Below the pieces are notes generated by a model. That model saw only the letters and a program-made list of their open reading frames with translations, did no database searches and was not told the origin of the DNA. A stretch of DNA of 63,808 nucleotides, counting the filler. It is 6 parts of 6 records of this genome, joined end to end, with 100 filler letters (N's around TTAATTAATTAA, not from the genome) between each part and the next. Parts side by side here need not be neighbours in the genome. Positions count along the whole stretch, not along the records: positions 47,871 to 55,917 come from DRR723986_13289; positions 56,018 to 63,808 come from DRR723986_13308; 4 more parts are not named here. One strand, written 5' to 3'. Shown here in pieces: positions 48,999-57,975 of the stretch. Position 1 is the first letter of the stretch. Each line of letters begins with the position of its first letter. The position numbers and the translations under genes were made by a program.

Positions 48999-49781
48999 TC
49001 AGCCCTGCTGCCAGCGTGGCTTGCGCTTCTCGAAAAAGGCCGACACGCCTTCCGGCCCCTCATCGCTTTCCCATGCGTCCACCAAAGCGGCGATGGTCAT
49101 GTCCACCACGGCGTCATTCACCCGAGGCTCCAACGCCGCGACAAGGGCCTTGGCCCTGGCGACCGCGCCAGGTGCGCAATTCAGATAGGGGGCGACCTCG
49201 GCCTCTACAGCTGCATCCAGGTCGTCCGCCGCAACGGCCTTGGCCAACAGGCCCAACTCCACGGCTTCAGCCGCGTCGAAGATCCGTGCCGACATGAACA
49301 CCCGCCGTGCCCGGCCCGCGCCCATGCGTGCTACCACATAGGGCCCGATCGTGGCCGGGATCAGCCCGAGCCGGGTTTCCGTCAGCCCAAACTTGGCGCT
49401 GTCCACCCCCACGGCCACATCACAAACCGACATCATGCCAATGCCGCCGCCGAAGGCCTGCCCCTGCACCCGACCGATCAACGGCTTGGGCATCCTGTCC
49501 AGAGCGCCCAGCATCTCGGCCAGCTTGCGCGCTTCGCGCCCACGGGTTGCAGCATCGGCGGCCATCTGTTCCTTCATCCAGGCCAGATCGCCCCCCGCAC
49601 AGAAACTGCGCCCCGCCCCGGTCAGCACCACGACGCGAACCGCAGGGTCAGACCCGAGCCGTTCTGCCGCCTCCGTCAGCTCCGCGATCATCTGTGCCGA
49701 CAACGCATTGTGCTTGTCCTCGCGCGCCAAAGTCAGCGTGGCGACCCCGCGCGCGTCCATGGAAATATCAATCGTTTCCAT
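48999..49781 (-). CDS. liuC: Methylglutaconyl-CoA hydratase (crotonase family)
   Basis: FCAGGDL, AFGGGIG, ETRLGLIPATI; operon context. Confidence 0.85.
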   Translation of the reverse strand: METIDISMDARGVATLTLAREDKHNALSAQMIAELTEAAERLGSDPAVRVVVLTGAGRSFCAGGDLAWMKEQMAADAATRGREARKLAEMLGALDRMPKPLIGRVQGQAFGGGIGMMSVCDVAVGVDSAKFGLTETRLGLIPATIGPYVVARMGAGRARRVFMSARIFDAAEAVELGLLAKAVAADDLDAAVEAEVAPYLNCAPGAVARAKALVAALEPRVNDAVVDMTIAALVDAWESDEGPEGVSAFFEKRKPRWQQG

Positions 49782-49784
49782 CCA

Positions 49785-50648
49785 TTATCCCTCCCGCATC
49801 GCGCGCGCCATGGCGGCGGCCTCGGCGATTACATCCATGTTTAGCCCGGTCTCATAGCCTAGCTCCGCCACCCGCGCAGCGACGGCTTCGGTGGCAACAT
49901 TGCCCTCTGCCCCGGGCGCGTAGGGGCAGCCCCCGAGCCCCCCGACAGCGGCGTCGAAGACCCGCAGCCCGCGCGCCAGCGACACCTCGATATTGGCCAG
50001 CGCCCGCCCGGCGGTATCGTGAAAATGGCCCGCCAGTTCTTCGGGCGCGACCTCTTCCAGCACTGCGGCCAACATCGCGTCAACCGTTTCCGGCCGCCCC
50101 TGCCCGATCGTGTCGCCAAGCGATATCTCGTAGCATCCGATGTTACGAAGAGTGGCGGCGACGCGCGCCACCTCAGCGGGCAGCGTCGGCCCGTCAAAGG
50201 GGCAGTCTGTCACGCAAGAGATATAGCCGCGCACCGGGATGCCATCAGCTTGTGCAGCCTGCGCCACCGGCACGAATCGGGTGATGCTTTCCTCGATCGT
50301 GGCGTTGATATTGGCCTTGGAGAACCCTTCGCTGGCAGAGGCGAAAATGGCGATCTCATCGGCCCGCGCCGCCTTCGCGCCCTCATAGCCCTGCATGTTC
50401 GGCGTCAGAGCCGCATAGGAAATGCCCGGCGCGCGGGTGATCCCAGCCAGAACAGCTGCGGAATCGGCCATCTGCGGCACCCATTTGGGGCTAACGAAAC
50501 TCGCCACTTCGATGCGGCGGAACCCCGCGAGGGACAGACAGTCGATCAGCGCGATCTTCTCTGCCGTCGGGATCTGGCGTTTTTCGTTCTGCAACCCGTC
50601 GCGCGGGCCAACCTCGAAGATTTCCACCGTTTCACGCATCGTCATCAC
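49785..50648 (-). CDS. liuE: Hydroxymethylglutaryl-CoA lyase
   Basis: EVGPRDGLQNE, SLGDTIG, HFHDT, GLGGCPYAPGA.GNV. Confidence 0.95.
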   Translation of the reverse strand: MMTMRETVEIFEVGPRDGLQNEKRQIPTAEKIALIDCLSLAGFRRIEVASFVSPKWVPQMADSAAVLAGITRAPGISYAALTPNMQGYEGAKAARADEIAIFASASEGFSKANINATIEESITRFVPVAQAAQADGIPVRGYISCVTDCPFDGPTLPAEVARVAATLRNIGCYEISLGDTIGQGRPETVDAMLAAVLEEVAPEELAGHFHDTAGRALANIEVSLARGLRVFDAAVGGLGGCPYAPGAEGNVATEAVAARVAELGYETGLNMDVIAEAAAMARAMREG

Positions 50649-50941
50649 TCAATCTGACCAAGGGCATGGACCTCGATATCCAGAACCATTTCAGGGCGCG
50701 TCCGCGCCCCGTGGCGTTGCAAAGCCTCTGCCTGCATATGGTCCTCCCACGCCGCGCGGCTCGCCCATTCCTCGATGAAGATCAGAACACAGGGATCGTC
50801 TTGCGACTGCACAAGGTCATAGCGCAGACACCCCGGTTCCTGCCGCACCTCGGCCACCAGAACATGCATCGAGGCCAGAAGGTCGCCAAGGCTGTCGGGA
50901 TGTGCCTTGATCCGTGCGATCACATGCAGTTTTTCGTCCAT
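50645..50941 (-). CDS. ABM-family putative quinol monooxygenase
   Basis: VIARIKA, EPGCLRYDL, FIEEW...H. Confidence 0.85.
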   Translation of the reverse strand: MDEKLHVIARIKAHPDSLGDLLASMHVLVAEVRQEPGCLRYDLVQSQDDPCVLIFIEEWASRAAWEDHMQAEALQRHGARTRPEMVLDIEVHALGQIE

Positions 50942-50942
50942 G

Positions 50943-51611
50943 TCAGGCCCCTTCCTTGAGTTCCCATGGCGGGTAGAACGGCTGTTTGTACAGCTTCTGC
51001 TGTGCTTCGTTGGGACGCGCCAAGGCAAACCCGGGCCGAGCCGCGATCCGGTCCCACCAGGCGGACAGGGCCGGAAACGGGTCAAGATGAGCGAAGTGGC
51101 GGGCCATATAGATCGCCTGCCCAACCGAGACATCCGCTGCAGAAAACCCGCTGTCCAGCAGGTAGTCCCGCCCCTGAAGACGGTTCTCAAGGGCCTCGTA
51201 GCATTTGGCCAATCGCTTCGCTTCCAGTTTCATCAACACCGGACTGCGCATGGAATCATCATACAGCATGATGTGCTGCTGCGTCAGGATCGCGCAATGC
51301 TGGCTGATGGTTTCGGAAAAATGCACCCAGATCAGCCATTGGGCGCGGTCGGGATGACCGGGCGCACGGCCCATGCCTGCCTCGGGGAAGCGTTCACACA
51401 GAAGCTCGGTGATCGCGCCGGTTTCCCACCAGCATTCCCCGTCGATCTCCAGCGCCGGGACACGGCCCGCCGGGTTCATGGCAAGATAATCGGCCGAGCG
51501 AAGCGACTTGTCGAAGGGCCAGACCTGCACATCGTATGGCACCCCCAGTTCGTTCAGCAGCCACAGCGTCCGCATGGAGCGGCTTTGTGGCACGTGATGC
51601 AGCCGGATCAT
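50943..51611 (-). CDS. Glutathione S-transferase
   Basis: SRSMR..W.L.EL, NPAGRVPAL, ETGAI, FSAADV. Confidence 0.92.
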   Translation of the reverse strand: MIRLHHVPQSRSMRTLWLLNELGVPYDVQVWPFDKSLRSADYLAMNPAGRVPALEIDGECWWETGAITELLCERFPEAGMGRAPGHPDRAQWLIWVHFSETISQHCAILTQQHIMLYDDSMRSPVLMKLEAKRLAKCYEALENRLQGRDYLLDSGFSAADVSVGQAIYMARHFAHLDPFPALSAWWDRIAARPGFALARPNEAQQKLYKQPFYPPWELKEGA

Positions 51612-51688
51612 CGTGCGCCCTCACCGCTGGCGGGAAGAATTTTCGAAAATTCTTGCCAAATTTCTTCGAAGAAATTTCCCCCGCTCAT
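51608..51688 (-). other. 26-aa mini-ORF (MSGGNFFEEIWQEFSKILPASGEGAR) spanning two 20-bp AT-rich palindromes
   Basis: ATG overlaps the liuD stop (ATGA) and its TGA overlaps the GST ATG; palindromes at 51635-51654 and 51658-51677. Confidence 0.5.
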
Positions 51689-53634
51689 GCCTCGTCCTCT
51701 TCTGCCAGACGAATAAGCGCAGCACCTTCCTCCACCTGTTGACCAGCTGTGGCCAGCACCTCGGCCACCGTGCCATCCCGGCCTGCCGTCAGCGTGTGTT
51801 CCATCTTCATCGCTTCCAGAATGGCCAGCCGATCCCCTGCCGCAACCTCCTGCCCTGGCTCCACGAACACGGCCTTCACCAGCCCCGGCATCGGCGCGAC
51901 GATCAGGCCGAGCGCCACCGCACCCTCGGCGGCAACGTCCAGCGGATCCACAGGATCGAAACCATAGCCATTGCCCCAGAACACCGAGATACCCGCGGCA
52001 TGGGTCACGACCTGAGCCGGTGTGGGCGCGCCATCGACGCTCCAACGGCCCGCCCTGAGCGTGACCTCATGCACCGCGTCCCCGATCTCGACCCGGAAGC
52101 AACCCGGCGCGAGCGTTTCGACGGCTGCGCTCAACCGCTCATCGCGGTAGTCGAACATCACCGACTGACGCAGTGGAGCCCAAAGGCTAAAGCCCTGCAC
52201 GGCGGGGCCTTCCCGGTGCAGTCCGAGTGCAGCCAAGGCAGCCAGCGACCGCGCCCTTGTGCAGGCCACGGGATCGGCGGAAAGGCGTTCCAGATCCCGA
52301 TCAATCAGGCCGGTGTCCACATCCCCCGCAGCAAAACCTTCATGCCGTGCCAGTGCCCGCAGGAAGGCCAGGTTCGTCACCGATCCCGCCACTTGCGTGC
52401 CAGCCAAAGCCTGATCCAACCGTTTAAGCGCCACCGCGCGGGTGGGGCCATGGACGATGACCTTTGAAATCATCGGGTCGTACCACGGGCTGATCGTGTC
52501 GCCCGCCCGCACGCCAGTGTCACAGCGCGCGCCTTCAGGAAATTTCAGATGCGCCAGCGTGCCAGTCGCGGGCAGAAAGCCCTTGGGCACATCCTCGGCA
52601 TATAGCCGGGCCTCAAAGGCATGGCCGGTGATCGACAGCTCGTCTTGCTGCTTTGGCAGGCGCTCGCCCGCCGCAACCCGCAATTGCCATTCGACCAGAT
52701 CGACGCCAGTGATTGCCTCGGTGACCGGGTGCTCCACTTGCAGCCGGGTGTTCATTTCCATGAACCAGAAGCCGTCGGCGCGCAGGCCCTTCGACCCGTC
52801 CACGATGAATTCGACGGTGCCTGCACCCTTGTAGCCAATGGCTTCGGCGGCCCGCACACCCGCCTGCCCCATGGCGGCGCGCATTTCCTCGGTCATGCCC
52901 GGCGCAGGGGCCTCCTCGATCACCTTCTGGTGACGGCGCTGAAGCGAGCAATCCCGTTCGAAAAGATGCACCGCGTGGGTGCCATCGCCGAACACCTGCA
53001 CCTCGACATGGCGCGGTTGTAGGACGTATTTTTCGATCAGCACCGCTTCATTGCCGAACGCGGTCTTCGCCTCGCCCATTGCGCTGGCCAGCGCGTTCAT
53101 GAAATCTTCGGGCCGGTCGACCTTGCGCATCCCCTTGCCACCGCCACCCGCGACGGCCTTGATCAAAACCGGGTAGCCGATGGCATCGGCGGCCCCGAAC
53201 AGATGCTCGGGGTCCTGATTGCTGCCGTGATAGCCGGGCACGACGGGTACGCCCGCCTCCTCCATCAGCGCCTTCGCGGCGTCCTTGAGGCCCATCTTGC
53301 GGATGGCATCCGCGGAAGGCCCGATAAAGGTCAACCCCGCGGCCTCGACCGCATCCACGAAATCGGGATTTTCGGACAGAAAGCCATAGCCCGGATGGAT
53401 CGCCTCTGCCCCCGTGGCCAGAGCCGCCGCGATGATGAGATCGCCCTTGAGATAGCTGTCCGCAGGCGCAGATCCACCGATATGGACGGCTTCATCTGCC
53501 ATAGCCACATGGCGCGCGCCCGCATCTGCGTCGGAGTAGACCGCAACTGTCCGCACGCCCATGGCCCGGGCGGTTTCCACCACCCGGCACGCGATCTCGC
53601 CGCGATTGGCAATCAGGATTTTCGTGAACATCAT
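51685..53634 (-). CDS. liuD: 3-methylcrotonyl-CoA carboxylase alpha (biotin carboxylase + BCCP)
   Basis: ILIANRGEIA, HPGYGFLSEN, GGGGKGM, EMNTRLQVEH, EAMKM biotin site. Confidence 0.93.
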   Translation of the reverse strand: MMFTKILIANRGEIACRVVETARAMGVRTVAVYSDADAGARHVAMADEAVHIGGSAPADSYLKGDLIIAAALATGAEAIHPGYGFLSENPDFVDAVEAAGLTFIGPSADAIRKMGLKDAAKALMEEAGVPVVPGYHGSNQDPEHLFGAADAIGYPVLIKAVAGGGGKGMRKVDRPEDFMNALASAMGEAKTAFGNEAVLIEKYVLQPRHVEVQVFGDGTHAVHLFERDCSLQRRHQKVIEEAPAPGMTEEMRAAMGQAGVRAAEAIGYKGAGTVEFIVDGSKGLRADGFWFMEMNTRLQVEHPVTEAITGVDLVEWQLRVAAGERLPKQQDELSITGHAFEARLYAEDVPKGFLPATGTLAHLKFPEGARCDTGVRAGDTISPWYDPMISKVIVHGPTRAVALKRLDQALAGTQVAGSVTNLAFLRALARHEGFAAGDVDTGLIDRDLERLSADPVACTRARSLAALAALGLHREGPAVQGFSLWAPLRQSVMFDYRDERLSAAVETLAPGCFRVEIGDAVHEVTLRAGRWSVDGAPTPAQVVTHAAGISVFWGNGYGFDPVDPLDVAAEGAVALGLIVAPMPGLVKAVFVEPGQEVAAGDRLAILEAMKMEHTLTAGRDGTVAEVLATAGQQVEEGAALIRLAEEDEA

Positions 53635-54050
53635 GCGTAATCCTCCACCACGCGGAACCGTTCGCACATAAGCTCCATATCCTCGGAAAAGCCGCCGCTG
53701 CGACTGAAATAGGCACGATACCCTTTGCGCCAGTGCGCAAGGTCGCGGAACTCGCCTTGAGCTGCCACGAATGCCTCGTCCATTTCGTCGAAGCGTCGCG
53801 TGGTCACTTCGACTGTCTCCATCATCAGTGCGGGCGTGCCATCCCAGTTCAACGCCACATCGCGGCGTCCCACCACCGGCAGGGCATCGCCCTCCTTGGT
53901 ATAGGCGCGCATCGCCTCGCAGGTGGCAGTCTTCTTTCCTTCCCGCACCAGTGCGAGGATGTCAGCACAGAGCTTGGCATTGTCCCCGAAGCGGAACGTC
54001 TCAGCCTCGGGGTTTGCGTCGATGATCTCTTGCAAGGTTCTTTTTGTCAT
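53631..54050 (-). CDS. ASCH-domain protein
   Basis: FGDN...GKKTATC, EG-like AQGE...WR. Confidence 0.85.
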   Translation of the reverse strand: MTKRTLQEIIDANPEAETFRFGDNAKLCADILALVREGKKTATCEAMRAYTKEGDALPVVGRRDVALNWDGTPALMMETVEVTTRRFDEMDEAFVAAQGEFRDLAHWRKGYRAYFSRSGGFSEDMELMCERFRVVEDYA

Positions 54051-54172
54051 GTCAGCCCCTTTGCGACCGCTAGCGCCGCGCCCCAAAAATCTTGTTCAAG
54101 ATTTTTGCCCGCCCACAAAATCCTAGAACAAGGATTTTGCTGCCCGGAAGAATTTTGGACAAAATTCTTCAT
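54047..54172 (-). other. 41-aa mini-ORF (MKNFVQNSSGQQNPCSRILWAGKNLEQDFWGAALAVAKGLT) spanning three AT-rich hairpins
   Basis: GAGG overlapping the liuB stop, 7 nt before ATG 54172; TGA overlaps the ASCH ATG; hairpins at 54085-54106, 54116-54139 and 54147-54170. Confidence 0.5.
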
Positions 54173-54180
54173 GTCACGCC

Positions 54181-55785
54181 TCACATCCGGAACACGCCGA
54201 AGCGTGTCTCTTCGATCGGAGCATTCAGAGATGCCGAGAGTGACAGGAACAGTGTCTCGCGCGTTTTGCGCGGGTCTATGATGCCGTCATCCCACAACCG
54301 CGCAGAGGCATAAAGCGGGTGCGACTGATGTTCGAACATCTCCAGCGTGGGCCGCTTGAACTCGGCCTCTTCCTCTGCCGACCAGGTGTCGCCCGCCCGC
54401 TCGATCGCGTCGCGCTTGACGGTCGCCAGAACGCCCGCCGCTTGCGGACCGCCCATGACGGAGATGCGGCTGTTGGGCCATGTCCACAGAAGGCGGGGGC
54501 TATAGGCGCGCCCGGCCATGCCGTAATTGCCAGCCCCGAAACTGCCCCCCACCAACATGGTGATCTTGGGCACCTTCGTGGTCGCCACCGCAGTCACCAT
54601 CTTGGCCCCATGCCGCGCGATGCCCTCGGCCTCGTATTTGCGCCCCACCATGAACCCGGTGATGTTTTGAAGGAAGACCAGCGGAATGTTCCGTTGGCTG
54701 CACAGTTCGATGAAATGCGCAGCCTTCTGGGCGCTCTCGCTATAGAGCACGCCATTGTTGGCCACGATGCCAACCGGGCACCCCATCACATGGGCAAAGC
54801 CGCAGATGATCGTTTCGCCGTAACGCGCCTTGAACTCATCAAAACGGGACCCATCGACAACACGGGCGATGACCTCGCGAATATCGTAAGGCTTCGTCAG
54901 GCTGGCGGGCACCACGCCGAGAATGTCTTCGGGGTCATAGGCCGGGTCTTCGGGGCTTTGCCAATCCACGGTCTGCGGCTTGCGGCGATTCAGTCCGGCC
55001 ACGGCCTGCCGCGCCAGTGCCAGTGCGTGGGCGTCATCCTCGGCCAGGTAATCCGCAACGCCCGACAGGCGCGTATGCGTATCGCCTCCGCCAAGTTCTT
55101 CCGCGCTGACGATCTCGCCCGTTGCGGCCTTCACCAGTGGCGGACCGGCAAGGAAGATCGTGCCCTGCTCTTTCACGATGATCGTCACATCCGACATGGC
55201 CGGCACATAGGCCCCGCCGGCCGTACAACTGCCCATCACCACAGCGATCTGCGGGATGCCCTTGGCCGACATGTTGGCCTGGTTGAAGAAAATGCGCCCG
55301 AAGTGCTCGCGATCCGGGAAGACCTCGTCCTGCTGCGGCAGGTTCGCCCCGCCCGAGTCCACCAGGTAGATGCAAGGCAGGTTGTTCTGCTCGGCGATCT
55401 CCTGCGCGCGCAAGTGTTTCTTGACGGTGATCGGGTAATAGGTGCCGCCCTTAACCGTGGCGTCATTGCAGACGACCATGACCTCCTGCCCATGCACCTG
55501 GCCGATCCCGGCAATGGCCCCGCCGCAGGGGGCCGCGCCGTCATACATGTCATGCCCCGCCGTGGCACCCACCTCCAGAAAAGGTGAGCCGGGGTCGAGC
55601 AGGTTCGCCACCCGGTCGCGCGGCAGCATCTTGCCCCGAGACAGATGCCGGGCGCGGGGTTTCTCGCCACCACCGAGCGCCGCGGCCTCCGCCGCCTCGC
55701 GGACCATCGCCAATGCATCGAGATGCGCTGCCCGGTTGGCTGCGAACTCCTCGGAGCCTGTAATCACCTTGGATGTGAGTTTCAT
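54181..55785 (-). CDS. liuB: 3-methylcrotonyl-CoA carboxylase beta (carboxyltransferase)
   Basis: [37 protein letters not shown]. Confidence 0.95.
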   Translation of the reverse strand: MKLTSKVITGSEEFAANRAAHLDALAMVREAAEAAALGGGEKPRARHLSRGKMLPRDRVANLLDPGSPFLEVGATAGHDMYDGAAPCGGAIAGIGQVHGQEVMVVCNDATVKGGTYYPITVKKHLRAQEIAEQNNLPCIYLVDSGGANLPQQDEVFPDREHFGRIFFNQANMSAKGIPQIAVVMGSCTAGGAYVPAMSDVTIIVKEQGTIFLAGPPLVKAATGEIVSAEELGGGDTHTRLSGVADYLAEDDAHALALARQAVAGLNRRKPQTVDWQSPEDPAYDPEDILGVVPASLTKPYDIREVIARVVDGSRFDEFKARYGETIICGFAHVMGCPVGIVANNGVLYSESAQKAAHFIELCSQRNIPLVFLQNITGFMVGRKYEAEGIARHGAKMVTAVATTKVPKITMLVGGSFGAGNYGMAGRAYSPRLLWTWPNSRISVMGGPQAAGVLATVKRDAIERAGDTWSAEEEAEFKRPTLEMFEHQSHPLYASARLWDDGIIDPRKTRETLFLSLSASLNAPIEETRFGVFRM

Positions 55786-55823
55786 CGCGTCCTCCCGGAT
55801 ATTGGCCCCAACGGGGCCGGACC

Positions 55824-55916
55824 TCAGCCCATCGTGTTCATCAATTCGCGGCCCACCAGCATCCGCCGGATTTCCGACGTTCCGGCGCCGATCTCCATCA
55901 GCTTGGCGTCGCGGAA
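55824..55916 (-). CDS. ivd: Isovaleryl-CoA dehydrogenase, C-terminal fragment
   Basis: [25 protein letters not shown]; upstream of liuB. Confidence 0.88.
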   Translation of the reverse strand, partial: FRDAKLMEIGAGTSEIRRMLVGRELMNTMG

Positions 55917-55917
55917 G

Positions 55918-56017
55918 NNNNNNNNNNNNNNNNNNNNNNNNNNNNNNNNNNNNNNNNNNNNTTAATTAATTAANNNNNNNNNNNNNNNNNNNNNNNNNNN
56001 NNNNNNNNNNNNNNNNN
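55918..56017. other. Artificial contig spacer
   Basis: N-run with TTAATTAATTAA. Confidence 0.99.
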
Positions 56018-56130
56018 AAGCACTGTATATCTTCGGCTCACAGCACTGAGAGCTAACAGCTGGTGAACAAAAAGGCTTCAAGCTCAAATGCCTGAAGATG
56101 ACAGCACGGTGACTAACAAAAAAATCATGC

Positions 56131-57318
56131 TTAAACTGCCTTGGCTGATTCCCCAAGAAAACGGGCACGCAGAGAATCTGAGTTTTCAACGAAATAGACG
56201 ATCAGAGCGAGCCCAGCCCAGACGTAAACACCGGCAAAGAAACGACTCCACATGGCCGGGAACAGAATGTAATGAAATACAGTGTATACGGCGGCAAACA
56301 AGTGCAGAACAAAGAGATTATCAGATTTCAGAGTAGTTAAGACAGCACGCAAGCTGCTCTTCTTAATTTTTTTATACAACATTAACACCGTCCCAATTGC
56401 GCATAACATAAAGGGTGGACTGGCAAGTGTTCCCCGGAACCCGCTAACAAATGCCTGGACGTATTGCGCAAAAGTGAGAGAGACTTCAACTTCGGCTCCG
56501 TGTGTAAAACGATCAATAAACGAGAAGACAATCAGATTTTGCCATCCGTAACTGCCGAAATACGCGTTAATCCATTGGAAAGTCAGCGCGGCAATTGCCA
56601 GGCACACAACTGAGAGAATCATGTGTTTACGCACAAACAAGAGATTGTGAATTACGATTGATCCGGCCAGGAGTGCGTAATCTGTGCGCGCCAGAATAGC
56701 CAATGGCAGCAGGAGGTAAATCACTGGTCGCTTTTTTAACCAAAAATAGGTCATGACACTCAGGCACAAAAAACCTGTAGCGTCCGCCGTCGCAAATCTG
56801 GCAACTTCCAGTCCTCCACTAAACACAAATATCAGGGGGATCAGCAGAAGATAACGTTCGTGGATTTCGTGCCGGAAGGCAAAGAAGAGAATTAACACTC
56901 CCAATGCTGTCGAACTGGCTGTAATCCAATGTGTGGCGTTAACAGGGTCCACTCCGGCGCGCACTACGATGTTAATTAAACTGGTATAAAACACGCGCGG
57001 CTGGTAATACGGTAATTGCTGGGAAAGTACTTCAGGGTCCGCAGCTACGGCAGAACGATATGGCCCGGTAGTTAGTACCGCAAAGTCCTCTGCTCCAACG
57101 GTCCGCTTCAACGATCCATAGGTATGTTCGTGAATCGCCACCTTGTCATCGGTGTTCATCTTTTCAGCAGAAGCAATGTACGCAATCATATCCCAATTGT
57201 GGATGGGATTAAAAATGGCGATAACAAAGAGCAAAACAGTTAAGCCGACGTAGGACCAGGTTATCAACGGTCTAACACTCTGCGGTTTATCAGCGGCTAT
57301 AGCAGTTGGATCAGGCAT
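56131..57318 (-). CDS. Polytopic membrane protein, possibly GT-C-fold glycosyltransferase-like
   Basis: TM1 followed by WDMIAY and a large loop, then many TM helices; ARTD motif. Confidence 0.55.
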   Translation of the reverse strand: MPDPTAIAADKPQSVRPLITWSYVGLTVLLFVIAIFNPIHNWDMIAYIASAEKMNTDDKVAIHEHTYGSLKRTVGAEDFAVLTTGPYRSAVAADPEVLSQQLPYYQPRVFYTSLINIVVRAGVDPVNATHWITASSTALGVLILFFAFRHEIHERYLLLIPLIFVFSGGLEVARFATADATGFLCLSVMTYFWLKKRPVIYLLLPLAILARTDYALLAGSIVIHNLLFVRKHMILSVVCLAIAALTFQWINAYFGSYGWQNLIVFSFIDRFTHGAEVEVSLTFAQYVQAFVSGFRGTLASPPFMLCAIGTVLMLYKKIKKSSLRAVLTTLKSDNLFVLHLFAAVYTVFHYILFPAMWSRFFAGVYVWAGLALIVYFVENSDSLRARFLGESAKAV

Positions 57319-57975
57319 GGAGTTTGATATGCATTTAGCAAACAATTTATTCTGAGACCTCGCGGAGGCAGCTCAATATAAGTATTTCTTGTGAGCCCGG
57401 CGGCTTGTGTGGCTGTACACCTGGAGGAGCGGATTAGATCAATTCAGGACTGCAAAATTGTGATTGTTCAGTTGCTAAAATTGCAATAGCGTAACGTTTT
57501 GATGAGCAACTACTCTTTCAGATACTGTCTTGAGTTTGTAGTTGCGCGAATAGCGGACCGGGCCCGCAAAAAGCAGTGTGGACAAAACAATGCTGCGGCG
57601 CTCAATTTTATTCGCTTTTGAGCTTGCAATTGTTCATATTCCTCACAGACAGTACTAAGACAGGATGCCCCCCAAGGTACATACATCAGACCCACAACTA
57701 TTTGCATTACCCAGGATAGAACAGTCTGATGTTAGTGATGTGATTTTAGTCAGCTCGCTATGTAACGGCACGAATTAGAACATTTGAGTAGTTAGCATGT
57801 AGTGGTTCATTAATGTAATCAGCAATGAATCGCCAATAGTCAGGTAAGCCCGGAACGCTTACTCCAGCCGACCGGAACGATTGCAGTGTACGCAGAATGT
57901 TACGCGGCCGGCTTTCTTGTAAAGCGGGCGGCACGGCAGGACTGCAGCCCTACCACTACGTCAGGCACGCAGCAT

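Noticed and set aside
48129-55587. Long plus-strand ORFs (571, 422, 325, 284 and 269 aa) opposite the liu operon
   Set aside because: Antisense shadows of high-GC genes with no recognisable motifs.
24300-56017. Recurring TTAATTAATTAA flanked by Ns, and apparent gene neighbourhoods across these points
   Set aside because: These are artificial spacers. The contigs come from different organisms, so cross-spacer linkage and ORFs containing X runs are meaningless.
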